Shown in pieces: positions 57,717 to 58,729 of a stretch of 58,729 bases of DNA (positions are counted from its first letter, which is position 1; every line of letters begins with the position of its first letter). The notes below the pieces were generated by a model. That model made no database searches. It had not been told where the DNA came from and saw only the letters and a program-made list of their open reading frames with translations. Position numbers and translations under genes: made by a program. Origin of the DNA: Acidobacteriota bacterium (lineage in GTDB: Bacteria > Acidobacteriota > UBA4820 > DSQY01); NCBI GenBank assembly GCA_037445535.1, contig JBBIKI010000004.1:1-58729 (forward strand). Reading direction: 5' to 3'.

Positions 57717-57828
57717 CGCCTCGGCGGCGCGGCGTTCCGCCCGGCCCGCCACCGGGCGAGAGCAACCCGGCCGGCCGAACGCCCCGTAGGCGGAGCAGGC
57801 CGTGCTCCGCCCGCTCTCCGGCGCGGTG

Positions 57829-58587
57829 CTATTCGGTGGGCGGAGGCGGGGGTTCGATCTCCTCGATGTGTTTTCGGAGGAGGTGGACCTCCCGGCGGAG
57901 GAGCTCGACTTCCCGTTCCTCGTCTTGCAGGATGGACCGCATGAACCAACTCGACAGGAGCCCGGCCAGGGTTCCAAATAGGGTGATCCCCGCGGCCATG
58001 AGGACGGCGGCCACCAAGCGGCCGGAGAGGGTCACGGGGTATTTGTCTCCGTAGCCAACGGTGCACACGGTCACCCAGGCCCACCACACGGCGTCCTGGG
58101 GTGTGCGGATATTGGCGTTCGGCGCTCCCGCTTCAGCCTCCAGGATGAAAATGGCCGCGAAGCCCGCCACCATCATCGTGGCGAGAAGGGCCGTGGCGAA
58201 GACCGCGCGGGCCTTTCTCTTGTAAAGGTGGGACAGGAGGGCGCCGGCGGAGGGGAAGGCCCACATCTGCCGGGCGACCCAGCCGATGTATACGAGCCGC
58301 CCCACTCGCAGCAGGTTGTACTGGGGGAGGCTGGCGACCAGATCGATCCATCCCCATCGCAGGAAGGCTTTCTTGGACGGGGCGATCCACAGGCGCACGA
58401 AGAAGTCCGCGATGAACAGGTAGCAGATGGCGTCGTCGTACGTGTCCAGCAGGGCGCGGGCCGGCTCCGGCAGGGGAAGGAAGTAGTAGGCCAGCAGGGC
58501 CGCCATGCCGTAGAGGGAGAGCAGTCCAAGGCCCACGTGGACCAGGGTCAGTTCCTGCGGGTGGCGGCTTATACGGTCTCGTGGCAT
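57829..58587 (-). CDS. Potassium channel (6-TM Kv-like ion transporter)
   Basis: S1-S4 segments (F.ADF.VRL, WIDLVAS.P, LRVGRL), pore helix DAVWWAWVT and filter TVGYGD, inner helix GRLVA..LM..G..LFG. Confidence 0.92.
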   Translation of the reverse strand: MPRDRISRHPQELTLVHVGLGLLSLYGMAALLAYYFLPLPEPARALLDTYDDAICYLFIADFFVRLWIAPSKKAFLRWGWIDLVASLPQYNLLRVGRLVYIGWVARQMWAFPSAGALLSHLYKRKARAVFATALLATMMVAGFAAIFILEAEAGAPNANIRTPQDAVWWAWVTVCTVGYGDKYPVTLSGRLVAAVLMAAGITLFGTLAGLLSSWFMRSILQDEEREVELLRREVHLLRKHIEEIEPPPPPTE

Positions 58588-58627
58588 CGGAACCCCAAGC
58601 CGAGGTTAGACCAGGACCAATGATCCG

Positions 58628-58648
58628 GCAAGAGGCGAGAGGCGCGAG
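58628..58648. repeat. Short intergenic heptamer array
   Basis: GCAAGAG-GCGAGAG-GCGCGAG. Confidence 0.45.
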
Positions 58649-58729
58649 GGGCGCCCAAGGCTCCGCGTCCCCGGGGGGCCGCCTCCGAGCCTGGCGAGGA
58701 GGCTCCAAGGGTGGGGTGGGGTCCCCTGC

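Overview
A high-GC bacterial chromosomal window, mostly housekeeping genes, with no recognisable integrase, transposase, CRISPR array or rRNA. The TonB style, the DUF4388 protein and hrcA suggest an Acidobacteriota-like host, but this is inference only. In order, it holds: the 5' part of an ExbB/TolQ gene, TonB and a TPR lipoprotein; a FAD/Fe-S oxidoreductase; a PMI-phosphomannomutase fusion; aconitase, larC, plsC, a site-2 protease and an MnmA-like tRNA thiolase; a small Zn-finger gene with an EamA transporter; Bcp and malic enzyme. A ~15 kb signalling block follows (19.1-33.9 kb): a GAF+6xPAS kinase, a sigma54 activator, a near-perfect sigma54 promoter, then REC-EAL-CheY-CheA-CheW-MCP-HEAT-CheR-CheB. 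After it come a FadF-like oxidoreductase, a DUF4388 protein, tRNA-Val-thrS-infC-rpmI-rplT, a lytic transglycosylase, ruvB, a class V aminotransferase, hrcA-grpE-dnaK-dnaJ-cpoB-(amgK-like), methylmalonyl-CoA mutase, a small secreted Met/Cys/His protein, a VWA-TM-Zn-FHA protein and a K+ channel. Best candidates for novelty: (1) a type I PMI domain whose two cupin metal-binding blocks appear swapped in order, fused to PMM; (2) a self-contained sigma54-driven Che7-like chemosensory/c-di-GMP cassette with visible UAS, IHF and -24/-12 elements and a 52-heptad receptor; (3) two unassigned, highly structured intergenic RNA candidates. Family assignments come from recognised motifs, not database searches.
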